A stretch of DNA of 64,000 nt, from contig CAVQDZ010000004.1 of the NCBI GenBank assembly GCA_963711405.1, positions 264,208 to 328,207 of the forward strand. The letters are read 5' to 3'. The notes beneath the pieces were generated by a model. The model did not search any database. It was not told the origin of the DNA and saw only the letters and a list, made by a program, of their open reading frames with translations. The translations under genes and the position numbers were made by a program. Below, piece after piece: positions 1 through 10,333 of this stretch. Origin of the DNA: an uncultured Chloroflexia bacterium (GTDB lineage: Bacteria; Chloroflexota; Limnocylindria; Limnocylindrales; CSP1-4). The stretch's first letter is position 1; each line of letters opens with the position of its first letter.

Positions 1-414
1 TTTGGCTTCAAGGTCTACCCGACGATCATCGCCATGGTCGTGCTCGCCGTGCCGCCGATCCTGGTCAACACGTACTCGGGCCTCGCCGGCGTCGACCGCG
101 ACACGCTCGAGGCGGGCCGCGGCCAGGGCATGGCGGAGACCCAGATACTGCGTCGCGTGGAGCTGCCCCTGTCCGTCGGGGTGATCTCCGTCGGCGTGCG
201 TTCGGCATCGGTTCAGGTCGTGGCTACCGCGACGCTTGGCGCGGTGTTCGGCTTCGGCGGCTTGGGCCGTTACCTGGTAAACGGCATGTCGCAGAACGAT
301 CAGGGCCAGATCTTCGGCGGAGTGGTGCTCGTGGTCGCGCTCGTGCTCGTGGTCGAGCTCGGCTTCGTCATTCTCCAGCGCCGGCTGACGTCGCGCGGCT
401 TGCGCCAGCGCTAA
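1..414 (+). CDS. ABC transporter permease, C-terminal part (osmoprotectant/glycine betaine OpuB/ProW type); 5' end lies outside the window
   Basis: Frame 1 is open from base 1 to TAA 412-414. It has an EAGRGQGM..ILRRVELP loop and hydrophobic C-terminal helices typical of binding-protein-dependent permeases. The next gene is an OpuAC-type binding protein. Confidence 0.75.
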   Translation, partial: FGFKVYPTIIAMVVLAVPPILVNTYSGLAGVDRDTLEAGRGQGMAETQILRRVELPLSVGVISVGVRSASVQVVATATLGAVFGFGGLGRYLVNGMSQNDQGQIFGGVVLVVALVLVVELGFVILQRRLTSRGLRQR

Positions 415-526
415 CTTCACAATCTTTCGAAATCGAATGATCTAAGTATTGGCGCGCTGCGTATCTGTCTGTATAGTCCGCAGATCAAGCCGGACTAACC
501 GGAACATACGGAAGAGGAGGTTACCC

Positions 527-1486
527 ATGCGGATCAGCCGCAGGCTGACCCTCGGGGCGCTGTTGCTCGTCGTCGCGTCGGCGTGCAACGCGGGAGGGGG
601 CAGCAAGCCGACGATCAAGATGGGATCGGTCGGCTTCGACGAGGCCAAGGTTATGGCCGAGATCTACGCGCAGGGGCTCGAGGCAAATGGCTACACCGTC
701 GACCGCACAGGCATTGGCCTGGGCGATCGCAGCGTGGTTGCGCCGGCCATTGAAAGCGGCAAAATCGACATCCAGCCGGAGTACATCGGCAGCCGCATTT
801 CCTACGAACTCAAGCAGGCCAATCCGTCCGGCGGGCCAACAATCGGCGGCATTACCGGTCCCACCGGTGATTCAGCAACGAACCTGGCCAACCTTCAGAC
901 GCTGCTGGCGCCCAAGAACCTGACGGTCCTGAACTACACGCCGGCCATTGACACGAACGCGTTCGTCGTTCGGGCCGACACCGCGGCGCAGTTCAACCTG
1001 ACCAAGATGAGCGATACGGCCGCGGTCCAGAGCCAGCTCAAGTGGGGCCTGGCCACGGACTGCCCGACCAATAACCTGTGCGGCGCACCGGGCGGCGCAC
1101 TGTCCAAGTACGGCATCACGCCCAACACGATCGCCGGTGCCACGCTGCTCTCGGCATGCGACACGCCCATGGCGACCGCGCTGCTGAGCAAGACCATTGA
1201 CGTCGCCGAGCTGTGCTCGACACAGCCGGACATCCTGGTCAACGGCTGGGTGGTGCTCCAGGATGATCTGCAACACGCAGCCAGCGGACAACGATCGCGC
1301 CGATCGTGCGCAACGACTACCTGGCCAAGGTCGACAAGACTTCGTTCGAGAAGATCCTGAACGACATCTCGGCCAAGATCGACACGTCAACACTGGCCGA
1401 CATGTACAAGCAGGTCGCCGTCGATCACAAGGATCGTGAAGGACGTCGCGGCCGCCTGGCTGAAGGCCAACGGCTTCGTCAAGTAG
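527..1486 (+). pseudogene. Glycine betaine/osmoprotectant ABC substrate-binding lipoprotein (OpuAC family); reading frame broken three times near the 3' end as assembled
   Basis: ATG 527 follows GAAGAGGAGG. Lipobox LLLVVASAC. OpuAC-like body (KMGSVGFDEAKVMAEIYAQGLEANGY, IDIQPEYIGS). The homologous tail continues across frames: ..QDDL / NTQPADN / IAPIVRNDYLAKVDKTSFEKILNDISAKI..HKD / VKDVAAAWLKANGFVK, ending at TAG 1484-1486. Shifts near 1271, 1293 and 1435 are each +1. Confidence 0.8.
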
Positions 1487-1497
1487 ACCCTCACGCG

Positions 1498-2151
1498 GTG
1501 GACAGCTACCTCGACCTCGCCGATTGGCGGCGCCAGGTCGCGGAGATGTACGCCGCGTGGCGCTACGGATCGGCGACGGACCCGGAGCGAGCGACGCAGC
1601 AGTTGCGCGCCAAACGCGACGAGCTGTTTCGCTCGCATCCCCAGACGCCGCTCAAACCCCAGGACAGAGCCCGCTTCGGCGGGCTCTCCTATTTCCGGTA
1701 CGACCCGGCCTACCGCATGACCGTCGTCGTCGAGCCTGCCGCGCCACCGGCGCCCAACGCGCTGGCACTCAACATGCAGCTGCCCGCCAGCATCACGCCG
1801 GAGTTCAGCTTCACGCTCATCGGCCGTGCCCCCTTGGCCGGACCACTGGCCGGCGCCGTGCTGCCCGTGTTCTGGATGTCCGGCTATGCCGGAGGCTTGT
1901 TCGTGCCTTTTCGCGACGCGACGAGTGGCACGCAGACGTACGGCGCCGGCCGCTACCTGCTCGACACCGTCAAGGGCGCGGATATGGGCGGCGACTGGCA
2001 GCGGCGCGAGCTGTTGCTCGACTTCAACCTCGCCTATCACCCGTCATGTGCCTACGACCCCAAGTGGAACTGCCCGCTCGCGCCGCCCGAATCGCGGCTG
2101 ACGCAGCCCGTTCCGGCTGGCGAGCGCCTGGGTGACAGCGCCGACCACTGA
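1498..2151 (+). CDS. DUF1684 domain protein
   Basis: GTG 1498. GAGRYL, DFNLAYHPSCAY and WNCPLAP motifs are characteristic of DUF1684. The upstream part of ORF 1306..2151 is really the shifted tail of the preceding gene. Confidence 0.75.
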   Translation: MDSYLDLADWRRQVAEMYAAWRYGSATDPERATQQLRAKRDELFRSHPQTPLKPQDRARFGGLSYFRYDPAYRMTVVVEPAAPPAPNALALNMQLPASITPEFSFTLIGRAPLAGPLAGAVLPVFWMSGYAGGLFVPFRDATSGTQTYGAGRYLLDTVKGADMGGDWQRRELLLDFNLAYHPSCAYDPKWNCPLAPPESRLTQPVPAGERLGDSADH

Positions 2152-2245
2152 GGCAGTGCCCCGCACCTGACCGCAGCGGTACCAACGACCGCAGAACGAT
2201 AGTGCGGTTGTCGGCGCGCACCACGTTCCATAGCGTCGCCCGCAA

Positions 2246-4709
2246 ATGTCGGTAAAGGCGCTCAAGACCGCTGCGGCATGGCGCCCGAGCCTGCGCGTCG
2301 GCATCGTTGCCGTCTGCGCTCTGCTCGTGGCTGTCATGGCTCTCGCCGTGTCGGTCAACGTCTCGGACAACCTCTCTCGGACCGCGGTCAACGAGGCCAT
2401 CCGCAACACGGAGGCGGTCATCAGGGGCGTCGTCGACCCGATGATGGGCGGCAGCCTGACCGCGCAAACGCCCGAGCAGGCAGGCGCAGATCAACGCCCA
2501 GCTTGAGCAACTCGTCGCATCCGGCCAGCTCCTGCGCGTCAAGGTCTGGTCGCCGGACGGCGAGATCGTGTATTCCGACCTGCCGGCGCTGCGCGGCGCC
2601 ACCTTCCCTGTCGCCGACGACCTGGAGGCGGCGCTCGACGGCGAGCCCTCGGCCGAGTTCAGCAAGGGCGACGACGCAGGAGAACGTCTTCGAGCACGGC
2701 ATCGCGCAGCGAGCTGCTGTCGATCTACCTGCCCATCCACGGCACGAGCGCGGACTCCTGAGCCGATCGGCGTGTACGAGATCTACGAGGACGCCGGGCC
2801 GATCGTTGCCGAGATCGACAACACGCGCGCCGAGGTGCTCCTGATCGTGGGCGGCACGGGCCTCGTGCTCCTGTTCGTGCTGTTCATGGGCTTTGCCGGC
2901 TCATCACGTCTGCTCGCGCGCCAGAACGTGCTGCTGCGCTCGAGCGAGCGCCGCTTCCGCTCGCTGGTCCAGAACAGCACGGACGTGAGCATGGTCGTCG
3001 ACCACGGCGGCCGTATTGCGTACGAAAGCGAGACCGTCGAGCGCGTCCTTGGCTACCCAAGCACCGAGCGACTCGGCCAACCTGCGTTCGCCGCGGTGTA
3101 TGAGGACGATCGACGCTCGGCGACACGCCTCGTTTCGGAGGTCCTGCGCGCACCGGGCAACGAGGCCTCGACTGAGGTTCGCATGCGCCACGCGGACAGT
3201 TCGCTGCGCTGGATAGAGGTCGTGCTGCGCAACCTGACCAACGATCCGGCCGTGGATGGCGTGGTCGTCAACTATCGCGACGTGACCACGCGCCGCACGC
3301 TTGAGGACGAGCTGCGCCACCAGGCCTTCCACGATTCGCTGACCGGTCTCGCCAACCGCGCCCTGTTCCTGGATCGGCTGCAGCACGCGATGGCGCGCCA
3401 GCGCGGCTTCGCCGGCCCGATCGCGGTGCTGTTCATCGACATCGACGATTTCAAGACGATCAACGACAGCCTGGGCCACAGCGAGGGCGACACGCTCCTC
3501 GTGGCAGTCGCTCAACGGCTGCGCGAGGTGTTGCGCTCTTCGGACACGATCGCGCGCATGGGCGGCGACGAGTTCGCGGTGCTGGTCGAGGACTCATTCG
3601 AGGGCGACGCGCCAATGGCAGTTGCGCGGCGACTGCTGGCCGTTCTCGAGGCACCGTTCGGCCATGGTGCCAAGGATCTCTTCGTGCGCGCAAGCATCGG
3701 CGTGACCGTGCGCTCAACGGCGGACGAGACGCCTGAGGACATGCTGCGCAACGCCGACATCGCCATGTACACGGCCAAGAGCAACGGCAAGAACCGCATC
3801 GAGACCTTCCAGCCTGAGATGCACGCCGCGGCGATGACACGCCTGGCGCTGCGCGGCGACCTTGAGCGGGCCATGGAGCGCGACGAGTTCTTCCTCGTCT
3901 ACCAGCCCATCGTGTGCCTTACCGACGAACGGCCAACGGGGGTCGAGGCGCTGCTGCGCTGGCGACACCCGGAGCGAGGCGTGGTCAACCCGACCGAATT
4001 TGTGCCGCTGACGGAAGAGACAGGCTTGATCGTCAGGCTCGGCCGCTGGGTGCTGGCGGAGGCGTGCCGCCAGGTTCGAGCCTGGGATGAGCTCGACGAC
4101 GTGCCCAAGGTCGCGATCAACGTCAACGTCAGTGCCCGTCAGCTCCAGGAGCCGGATTTCGTGGGACAGGTGGCCCAGATCCTGGCCGCCACTCAGCTCG
4201 ACCCCGGCCGACTGACGCTGGAGTTCACGGAAGGCATCCTGTTGCGCGACACAGAGCTGACGATCAACACGATGCACGCGCTGAAGTCACTCGGCGTGCG
4301 CCTGGCGATCGACGATTTCGGCACCGGCTACTCGTCCCTCAGCTACCTGCGCCGCCTGCCGATCGACGAGCTCAAGATCGACGGCTCGTTCATCGCCGGC
4401 ATGGCCAGCGAGCCCGGCCAGATGGCCGTCGTGCGGTCGATCGTCGAGCTGGCCGAGACGCTCAACCTGGAGACAGTCGCCGAAGGCATAGAGGGTGACG
4501 CCCAGCTCCAGGCGCTGCGCGGCCTGTCGGCCCAGATGGGCCAGGGCTTCCTCTTCTCGCACCCGTTGCCCGCCGATGAGCTGCCCCAGGCGCTGACGCG
4601 GGCAAAGAGATCGCACGCGGCGCCCGCGGCTACTGCCCAGATCGCGCCAACGAAGGTCGCCTCAAAGCAAGTCGCGTCAAAGCAGGCCCTGCCCGCGCAA
4701 GTCGGATAG
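2246..4709 (+). pseudogene. Membrane sensor protein with PAS, GGDEF and EAL domains (c-di-GMP turnover); N-terminal sensor region broken by about four +1 frame changes as assembled
   Basis: TM1 is VGIVAVCALLVAVMALAV (ORF 2246..2506) and TM2 is VLLIVGGTGLVLLFVLFMGF. PAS (SERRFRSLVQNSTD), GGDEF (HDSLTGLANR, RMGGDEFAV) and EAL (VEALLRW, DDFGTGYSSL, ELKIDGSF) motifs are present. Homologous text hops frames near 2480, 2676, 2710 and 2755. Confidence 0.85.
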
Positions 4710-4746
4710 TCGGGGCGACAGCGGGTCGCGGCGTACCATCGGCGCC

Positions 4747-5193
4747 GTGTCGACTGTTCTGACGGAGCGCCATGCGCTCGAGCCCAACATCCGAGCGTTC
4801 CTGACCCAGCCGGTCCGCTACGCGACGATCGCGACGATCAATCCCGACGGCGGGCCGCACCAGATCGTGATCTGGTACCTGCTCCGCCACGACGAGCAAC
4901 GCGGCGACCACATCGTCGTCAACTCGCGCCGCGGCCGGCGCTGGCCGGCCAATCTGCTGCGTGATCCACGCGCCAACTTGGCGGTCTACGACGCGGAGGA
5001 CGCGGTCACGCTCGTGTGCGCGGTGGCGGAAACTTACGACGGCGCGCCGGCTCAGGCCGACATTGCCGAGATGGCCGTCCGCTACGACACGCCGGAGGAC
5101 GCCGCCAGTGAGATCGCGCGCTTCCAGACGGAGGACCGCATCACGTTCATCCTGCGACCAGTGAAGGTCATCGTCCACGGGAGCCCGAGCTGA
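4747..5193 (+). CDS. PPOX-class (pyridoxamine 5'-phosphate oxidase fold) probable F420-dependent enzyme
   Basis: 148 aa split-barrel-type sequence (YATIATINPDGGPHQIVIWY, ITFILRPVKV). The stop shares one base with the ATG of the next F420-enzyme gene (TGATG junction at 5191-5195). Confidence 0.65.
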   Translation: MSTVLTERHALEPNIRAFLTQPVRYATIATINPDGGPHQIVIWYLLRHDEQRGDHIVVNSRRGRRWPANLLRDPRANLAVYDAEDAVTLVCAVAETYDGAPAQADIAEMAVRYDTPEDAASEIARFQTEDRITFILRPVKVIVHGSPS

Positions 5194-6182
5194 TGCCAGT
5201 CCAGCCCATCGGTTATGCCGCGATGCTCGAGCAGTTCCACCCAACCGAGCTGCTCGACTACTGCGTCGCCGCGGAGGAGGCCGGCTTCAGCGGCGTCATG
5301 GCCGCCGACCATCTCCAGCCGTGGGTGCCGCAGCAGGGCCAGGCCGCGTTCGTGTGGGCGTTCATGGCCGCGGTCGCGGAGCGCACCAAGGGCGATGTCG
5401 GACCGGGCGTGACGTGCCCGTCGTTCCGCACTCACCCGGTCGTGATTGCGCAGGCTGCGGCGACGCTCGGGGCGATGTATCCGGGTCGATTCTGGCTGGG
5501 CCTGGGCAGCGGCGAGGCGCTCAATGAGCACGTCGTTGCCAGCTATTGGCCGGAAGCGCCCGAGCGGATCAACATGATGTTCGAGGCGATCGAACTGTTC
5601 AATCGCCTGTTCACGGGCAAGGACGTCAAACACGACGGACGCCATTTCAAGATGGAGACGGTCCGACTTTGGACGCTGCCCGATGAGCCACCGCCTATCT
5701 ACGTGGCCACGGCTGGTCCCATCACCGCAAAGCGCACGGGCCAGGCCGCGCAGGGCCTGATCACGGTCGGCGCTCCGGAAGGCAAGCTCGACCTGATCCG
5801 CTCGCGCTGCGAAGACGGCCGCCGTGAGGCAGGCCTCGACACTCAGGGCTTCAAGTACATCCTGCAGCTGCACCTGTCGTGGGCGGAGACTGACGAGAAA
5901 GCGCTCCAGAACGCGATGGAGGAATGGCCCAACGGCGGCATGAAGTTCCCCAAGGCCGACATTCGCTCGCCTAACGATCTCGAGCAAATGGCTCGACTCG
6001 TTCGCGCGGAAGACTTCCAGGGCCGCATGCTCATTTCCTCCGACCTTGAAGCGCACCGCAAGGAGATCCAGAGGTTCGCCGACATGGGCTTCGACAAGAT
6101 CTACCTGCACAACGTCGGGCGAAATCAGAAGGAGTGGATCGAGGCATTCGGCCGCGAGGTCCTGCCCAAGATCGTTTGCTAG
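5193..6182 (+). CDS. LLM-class F420-dependent oxidoreductase, glucose-6-phosphate dehydrogenase (Fgd) family
   Basis: 329 aa luciferase-like TIM barrel. N-terminal IGYAAMLEQFHP..LL, DHLQPW, FWLGLGSGEALNEH and C-terminal GFDKIYLHNVG match the F420-dependent G6PD family pattern. Confidence 0.75.
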   Translation: MPVQPIGYAAMLEQFHPTELLDYCVAAEEAGFSGVMAADHLQPWVPQQGQAAFVWAFMAAVAERTKGDVGPGVTCPSFRTHPVVIAQAAATLGAMYPGRFWLGLGSGEALNEHVVASYWPEAPERINMMFEAIELFNRLFTGKDVKHDGRHFKMETVRLWTLPDEPPPIYVATAGPITAKRTGQAAQGLITVGAPEGKLDLIRSRCEDGRREAGLDTQGFKYILQLHLSWAETDEKALQNAMEEWPNGGMKFPKADIRSPNDLEQMARLVRAEDFQGRMLISSDLEAHRKEIQRFADMGFDKIYLHNVGRNQKEWIEAFGREVLPKIVC

Positions 6183-6199
6183 TTGGATCGGGCAGACAG

Positions 6200-6727
6200 T
6201 CAGTCCATGTACGTGGCGCCTAAGACGTCGCCAGTGAGGGCGTCTACATAAACGTAGCCGTATCGGTAGGGGTGCGTTGATGGCGACCCGCTCGCAGGAT
6301 GCGGAGCGGGAAACTCGACATTCAGATCGTCCCAACGCAGCAACCAAACAAGTCGATTGGACATTGGTTGGTCATCTGCGGTCGTCGACGCTCTCGTCAT
6401 GACCACGAGATAACTGTCTGGATTGGGCCAGGCGTATCCATCGTTCGCGGCCCTGCTGATCGCTTCTTCCTGTGAAATTGCACCAGCTGCTTGAACCGGA
6501 GTCGCCAATGAAACGCTTCCCAGTCGAAGGACGTCGAGTGGCACCGAGCTCGCCGGGGATTCCGCCGAGCTGGGGCGCACCGCGTTCAGCTGGTAGGTCG
6601 CCACGGATGCACTTGCTGGTGGCGGCGAGCCGGAGGCCGTCGGAGAAGTAGCTCCAGATTGAGCGTTGCATGCTGCCAGGAATACGCAAGTGATAGCGAC
6701 AAGAACGGTGCTCGGAGTCTTCAACAT
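6200..6727 (-). CDS. Secreted lipoprotein, unknown function
   Basis: Preferred start is ATG 6727, giving MLKTPSTVLVAITCVFLAAC (signal plus lipobox). An S/P/A-rich linker follows. The C-terminal YGYVYVDALTGDVLG weakly resembles a PepSY-type ending. The region looks less GC-rich than its surroundings. Confidence 0.55.
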   Translation of the reverse strand: MLKTPSTVLVAITCVFLAACNAQSGATSPTASGSPPPASASVATYQLNAVRPSSAESPASSVPLDVLRLGSVSLATPVQAAGAISQEEAISRAANDGYAWPNPDSYLVVMTRASTTADDQPMSNRLVWLLRWDDLNVEFPAPHPASGSPSTHPYRYGYVYVDALTGDVLGATYMD

Positions 6728-6801
6728 GTCAGTTCGTCCAGTTCTCAAATTCACCCGAGGTCGGGATGTCATGGCCGTAGCGATACCCGTCCCCACTCAG
6801 G

Positions 6802-7092
6802 TCATTGAGGCAACACACGCTGGCTGTCGACCAAGAGCCACCGGAAAAAGCCTCCACCGCCCGTCAATGGGCACACCTCTGGTTCCGCATAAGCGACCTT
6901 CGCGCGAATCCCATCAGTTCCCGATCCCTGAACGCCTCCGTATGAATATGCGGACGCGTGTGTGTTTTGACACGAAGCGTCGGCAAATGCCGGATTCGGG
7001 AACAAGAAACTCGCCGGTCCCGCGCCCAGGCCGGATCGGGCAAGGACAACCGCCACCGTGAAGACGGCGACCAGCATGAGGCACCTTTTCAC
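6802..7092 (-). CDS. Small putative secreted protein (hypothetical)
   Basis: In-frame GTG 7092 follows GGAAAGGAAGG. The N-terminus VKRCLMLVAVFTVAVVLARSGLGAG is signal-like. The rest of ORF 6802..7512 is antisense to cofD and is discounted. Confidence 0.3.
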   Translation of the reverse strand: MKRCLMLVAVFTVAVVLARSGLGAGPASFLFPNPAFADASCQNTHASAYSYGGVQGSGTDGIRAKVAYAEPEVCPLTGGGGFFRWLLVDSQRVLPQ

Positions 7093-7198
7093 CAGGTACC
7101 TTCCTTTCCCATAGATTCTAGGACTGGCTGCAAGAGGGAGCCCCATGTGGAACGCCGTTGAAATTGGCGCTTGAACTTGTGCGTGGACGATCGGTCGG

Positions 7199-8155
7199 AT
7201 GAAGCGTGCCAACGTCGTCGTGCTCGCTGGTGGCTTTGGCGGTGCGCGCATGGCGCATGGCTTCGAGCTGCTCGGCGAATCGGTCGCCCTGAGCGTCGTG
7301 GTCAATACGGCTGACGACGTCGAGATGCACGGGCTGCATGTCTCGCCCGACCTGGACACGGTCATGTACACGCTCGCCGGGCTGGCCAACAACGAGACCG
7401 GCTGGGGTGTGCGCGACGACACCTGGAACGCGTCAGCGATGCTCGAGCGGTTCGGTGCGCCGACGTGGTTCAGGCTCGGCGACCGCGACCTGGGCACCAA
7501 CGTCGGCCGCACCGCGCGGCTGCGCGTTGGGCGACTCGCTGACCAAGGTGACGGCGCTGCTGTCGCGACCGCTCGGCGTGCGCGCCACGCTGCTGCCGAT
7601 GAGCGACGACCGCGTCAGGACGCAGGTGCGGACGGCCGATGGCTGGCTGGACTTCCAGGACTACTTCGTGCGCCGCCATCATGCCGATGCCGTGCTCGAG
7701 CTGCGCTTCGACGGCATCGACACCGCGCACACGACCGATGAGGTGCGCGCCGCGATTGCGGCCGCCGACGTGATCGTCGTCGCTCCGTCGAACCCGTTCC
7801 TGAGCGTCGCGCCGATCCTGTCGGTGAGCGGCATCTTCGACGGCGCTGCTCGCCGCCCAGCGCGCCGGTCGTGGGTATCAGCCCGATCGTCGGCCGCGAA
7901 GCCGTGCGCGGTCCGGCCGCGGACATCATGCGCTCACTCGATGGCGAGCCGAGCGCCGCCGGCGTGGCGCGCCACTACGCCCAGACGTGGCCCGGGCTGC
8001 TGGATGTGCTCGTGATCGACGACGTGGACGCGGCCGAAGCCGGCGCGGTGCAGGACACCGGCATCCGCCCGCACGTGACGGGCACGCTTATCGGCGCAGA
8101 AAAGGAAAGGCGCCGGCTCGCCCAGGAGATCCTGGAGCTCGCCGACGCCCGTTAG
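7199..8155 (+). pseudogene. cofD: 2-phospho-L-lactate transferase CofD (F420 biosynthesis); three +1 frame changes as assembled
   Basis: [33 protein letters not shown] and WFRLGDRDL. The sequence then continues in other frames: [50 protein letters not shown] / ALLAAQRAGR / PVVGISPIVGREAVRGPAADIM. Shifts lie near 7527, 7840 and 7862, and the reading returns to the starting frame. Confidence 0.85.
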
Positions 8156-8178
8156 GCGGTCTTGACTTGCGTGCGCGG

Positions 8179-8751
8179 TTACGGCAGGCGAGTGACCGCG
8201 ATTGCGGCCACCTGCTGTAGCTTGCCCATCGTCGCCGCGTCGCTGCCGGTGAGGATGCCAAGGACCTGAAGCTGTCCGCTCGGCTTCTGGACGTACACGA
8301 CGGCCTGACCAATGAACGTGCCGCTGACCGCTGGGTAGCCCGCGATAGTCGACTGTTGGGCCGTCTGGCCCAGCAGCAGGCCGGCGGTGCTGAAGTCCTG
8401 GTCGTTCGTCGCCGAGACGCTCACTGCACTCGCAAGCGTCACCTGGAACGTGCAATCAGTGCTGGATGACGACTGATCGACGACCTGCGTGCCAAAGATC
8501 TGGCTTACCTCGGCGGCGGTGACAAGCGTGCACGGTGTAGTGCTTGGTTCGCCACCCGGCACGCCGCCGATCGGCGGAATTGATACGCCGGGAATGTTGA
8601 TCGGCGGGATTGTGAAGCCGGGCACGTTGATCGGCGGGATCGTGGGGATATTGATCGGCGGGATCGTGGGAAGCGTGCCGACGCTGGTGCACGCGCCCGC
8701 GACGAGCAGCGTGGCCACTGTGGCCAACATGAGCCTTCTGACACTGAACAT
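8179..8751 (-). CDS. Lipoprotein with N-terminal proline-rich tandem repeats (IPPIN-type) and a small C-terminal domain
   Basis: MFSVRRLMLATVATLLVAGAC lipobox. Next comes TIPPINIPTIPPINVPGFTIPPINIPGVSIPPIGGVPG, then a roughly 120 aa S/T/Q-rich domain containing Cys residues. The gene lies antisense between cofD and cofC. Confidence 0.7.
   Translation of the reverse strand: MFSVRRLMLATVATLLVAGACTSVGTLPTIPPINIPTIPPINVPGFTIPPINIPGVSIPPIGGVPGGEPSTTPCTLVTAAEVSQIFGTQVVDQSSSSTDCTFQVTLASAVSVSATNDQDFSTAGLLLGQTAQQSTIAGYPAVSGTFIGQAVVYVQKPSGQLQVLGILTGSDAATMGKLQQVAAIAVTRLP
8557..8664 (-). repeat. Coding tandem repeat (about four IPPI(N)xP(G)xx units of 8-10 codons)
   Basis: Read from the translated product, residues 30-65 of the 8179..8751 lipoprotein. 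Confidence 0.7.
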
Positions 8752-8805
8752 TGAATCCTCCTCTTACGCTCGGTGTTATAGCACCGACGCCTTACCATCG
8801 TCCTC

Positions 8806-9516
8806 GTGAGCCGGTCTGCCATTGCCCTGCTGGAGGACGTGCATGCCGTGCTTCCGATCCGCTCCAGTGATGCTGCGAAAACTCGCCTGGGTCTCGCCCT
8901 GGACCCCGAAGAGCGCGATGTTCTCGTGCTCGGGATGTTCGCCAATACCGTACACGTGCTCTCCGGCTGGCCGTCTTGCAACCGCATTCATGTTGTCACG
9001 TCTGATTTCGCCGTGACTGACGTTGTGGCCCGGCGCATGGGTTCCGTGTTGACCGTAAGCGATCCGGGCACGGGCCTGAATGGCGCGTTGCGCGCCGGCC
9101 GCGACGCCGCCGTCGCGGCCGGCGCAACAGCCGTGCTGATGCTGCCGGCGGACCTGCCGTTGCTCAACACCACGTCACTCGATCGGCTTCTGGCCGCGGC
9201 CGACGCCACTATCGCGGCCGGCAACGGCGGCCCCGTCGTCGTCATCGCCCCGGCCGACGCGCGCACCGGCACGAACGCCCTGCTGCTGGCGCCGCCGCAC
9301 ATCATCGCGCCCCATTTCGGACCGGAGAGCTTTGCCGCGCACCTGCTCGCCGCGGCCCGCGCGGAGGCGAGCGTGCAGATCGTCGACGATGAGCTACTCG
9401 GCTTTGACCTGGACACGCCCGACGATCTGGAGCGGCTCGAGCTCGCGCGCCGGCTGGAGCTTGAGGCTATCGGCGACGAGATCGAGCGCGAGCTGGTCTT
9501 CGCGAGCGCGGGCTAG
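8806..9516 (+). CDS. cofC: CofC/FbiD guanylyltransferase (F420 biosynthesis)
   Basis: AVLPIRS..AKTRL, GLNGALRAG, MLPADLPLL and GTNALL motifs of the CofC family, flanked by cofD and cofE. The start could be GTG 8839 instead of 8806. Confidence 0.8.
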   Translation: MSRSAIALLEDVHAVLPIRSSDAAKTRLGLALDPEERDVLVLGMFANTVHVLSGWPSCNRIHVVTSDFAVTDVVARRMGSVLTVSDPGTGLNGALRAGRDAAVAAGATAVLMLPADLPLLNTTSLDRLLAAADATIAAGNGGPVVVIAPADARTGTNALLLAPPHIIAPHFGPESFAAHLLAAARAEASVQIVDDELLGFDLDTPDDLERLELARRLELEAIGDEIERELVFASAG

Positions 9517-9522
9517 CCGCAC

Positions 9523-10314
9523 GTGCCCACGATCATCGCCGTGCCGCTCCCGGCACTGCCGGAGATTCAGCCTGGCGACGATCTCGCGGCGCTGATCGCC
9601 AGCGCCTGGCGCGACCTGGCAGCTGCCGACGCAACGCTCGTGCCGCGTGCCGGTGACGTGCTCGTCGTGACCCAGAAGATCGTCTCGAAGGCGGAAGGCT
9701 GCCTGGTCGACCTGACCGCGATCGAGCCGAGACCGATCGCCGTCGCTTATGCCGCGCAATGGGATCGCGACGCCCGCCAGGTTGAGGTCGTGCTGCGCGA
9801 GTCCGCGGAGATCGTGCGCATGGAACGCGGCCTGATCATCAGCCGCACGAAGCACGGCTTCGTGTGCGCCAATGCCGGCGTCGATGCCTCGAACACCGGC
9901 CGGGGCGATTGGGTGACGCTGCTGCCCGACGATCCCGACCGATCGGCGCGCGAGATACGCGACCGACTACCCGCCTTGCTCGACATCCCACCGGCGCAGA
10001 CACCGGCGGTGATCGTGTCCGACTCATTCGGCCGTCCGTGGCGCTTCGGCATCGTGGATGTCGCGCTCGGCGTGGCCGGCATCGAGCCGCTGATCGACCT
10101 GCGCGACACGCCCGACGCGGACGGCCGGATCATGCACTCGACCGTCGTCGCGGTCGCCGACGAGATCTGCTCGGCGGCCGAGCTTGCCGCCGGCAAAACG
10201 TCCGGCCAGCCCGTGGTGCTCGTCCGTGGCGTCGAATTCGGCAGTGGCGCAGCGTCGGAGCCGTCAGTCGTGCGCGACGTCGTCATGCCCGACGAAATGG
10301 ACCTCTTCAAATAG
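9523..10314 (+). CDS. cofE: F420-0:gamma-glutamyl ligase CofE (stand-alone, no fused nitroreductase-like domain)
   Basis: VLVVTQKIVSKAEG, HGFVCANAGVDASN, SDSFGRPWRFG and AAELAAGKT motifs. At 263 aa it carries only the ligase domain. Confidence 0.85.
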   Translation: MPTIIAVPLPALPEIQPGDDLAALIASAWRDLAAADATLVPRAGDVLVVTQKIVSKAEGCLVDLTAIEPRPIAVAYAAQWDRDARQVEVVLRESAEIVRMERGLIISRTKHGFVCANAGVDASNTGRGDWVTLLPDDPDRSAREIRDRLPALLDIPPAQTPAVIVSDSFGRPWRFGIVDVALGVAGIEPLIDLRDTPDADGRIMHSTVVAVADEICSAAELAAGKTSGQPVVLVRGVEFGSGAASEPSVVRDVVMPDEMDLFK

Positions 10315-10333
10315 GCGCGTAGCATCCGCGACC

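Noticed and set aside
5082-6347. 421 aa minus-strand ORF
   Set aside because: It is antisense to the well-supported Fgd-family and PPOX genes. Its composition is R/A/L-rich and low in complexity, as expected for shadow ORFs in GC-rich DNA, and it carries no recognisable motif.
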